Positions 63,761 through 64,000 of a stretch of DNA of 64,000 nt are shown here, piece after piece. The number at the start of each line of letters is the position of its first letter. Positions within the stretch are counted from its first letter, which is position 1. The stretch is from Candidatus Liberimonas magnetica (GTDB lineage Bacteria > Elusimicrobiota > Endomicrobiia > Endomicrobiales > JAFGIL01), in assembly GCA_020523885.1 (NCBI GenBank), contig JAJAPY010000016.1:10359-74358 (forward strand). Reading direction: 5' to 3'. The position numbers and the translations under genes were made by a program. The notes under the pieces were generated by a model. That model saw nothing but the letters and a program-made list of their open reading frames with translations, did no database searches and was not told the origin of the DNA.

Positions 63761-63766
63761 TAAGAT

Positions 63767-64000
63767 ATGGACAGGGTTTTACGTCTCATTCAAAGTATCG
63801 TAATAGCATTTTTTCTGTTCTTAAGCGCCATCCCCTGCCTGGCTGATACGGCAGCTTATGATTACCTCACAGGCGCTGGTACGAATAAATTTGCGTATGA
63901 AAAGAAAGGCGAAGCAAGCAACATTCCGGCTACAGGCCCTGACATATCCGGGCAAACCGTTATAACTTCATACCCAGCCATTGAGTCGGCCAACGACGTC
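63767..64000 (+). CDS. Secreted hypothetical protein, 3' end cut by the window edge
   Basis: ATG followed by a signal-peptide-like MDRVLRLIQSIVIAFFLFLSAIPCLA. The frame stays open to the end of the window. Not in the ORF track because it has no stop. Confidence 0.4.
   Translation, partial: MDRVLRLIQSIVIAFFLFLSAIPCLADTAAYDYLTGAGTNKFAYEKKGEASNIPATGPDISGQTVITSYPAIESANDV

Overview
Moderately AT-rich bacterial chromosomal segment. Every credible gene (about 60 CDS) lies on the + strand. I saw no rRNA, tRNA, CRISPR array or transposase.

Core content, in order: the 3' part of a DUF1646-like membrane protein; rnfCDGEAB; rpsB-tsf-pyrH-frr; a 58-aa 2x[4Fe-4S] ferredoxin missing from the ORF track; uppS-cdsA-dxr-rseP-ispG; greA; proS; rimP-nusA-infB-rbfA-nrnA-truB-ribF-(EF-G paralog)-rpsO-pnp; accB; ftsK-lolA-rodZ-rimO-pgsA-pgpA-MBL hydrolase-xerD.

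Accessory content:
- A DUF5989 / SxtJ-like / carbamoyltransferase / GT-C glycosyltransferase cluster.
- Two paralogous two-gene modules at 21.0-24.6 kb and 46.5-50.8 kb. Each pairs a secreted protein (NHL propeller, CarboxypepD_reg-like repeats, FlgD-Ig-like C-terminal domain) with a PorV/PorQ-like outer-membrane barrel.
- A third related cluster at 51.1-55.1 kb: tail-fibre-like repeat protein, small FlgD-Ig-tailed protein, PorV-like-OmpA-TPR protein.
- A small-protein/nucleotidyltransferase pair after xerD.
- A MoxR-DUF58-BatA/VWA-DUF4159-VWA operon.
- A REC-HTH response regulator.

The gene content suggests an uncultivated diderm lineage. PVC/Omnitrophota-like is only a guess.

Two things stand out:
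1. About two dozen intergenic spacers hold 'stutter-arm' inverted repeats. These are tandem 5-9 nt units mirrored across an AT-rich centre. They come in several unrelated sequence dialects, and one subclass carries two GC hairpins showing compensatory changes.
2. The cargo(FlgD-Ig tail)/PorV-like-barrel gene pairing recurs three times and may be a self-contained surface-display or secretion module.

Coordinates of non-CDS features were counted by hand and may be off by 1-2 nt.
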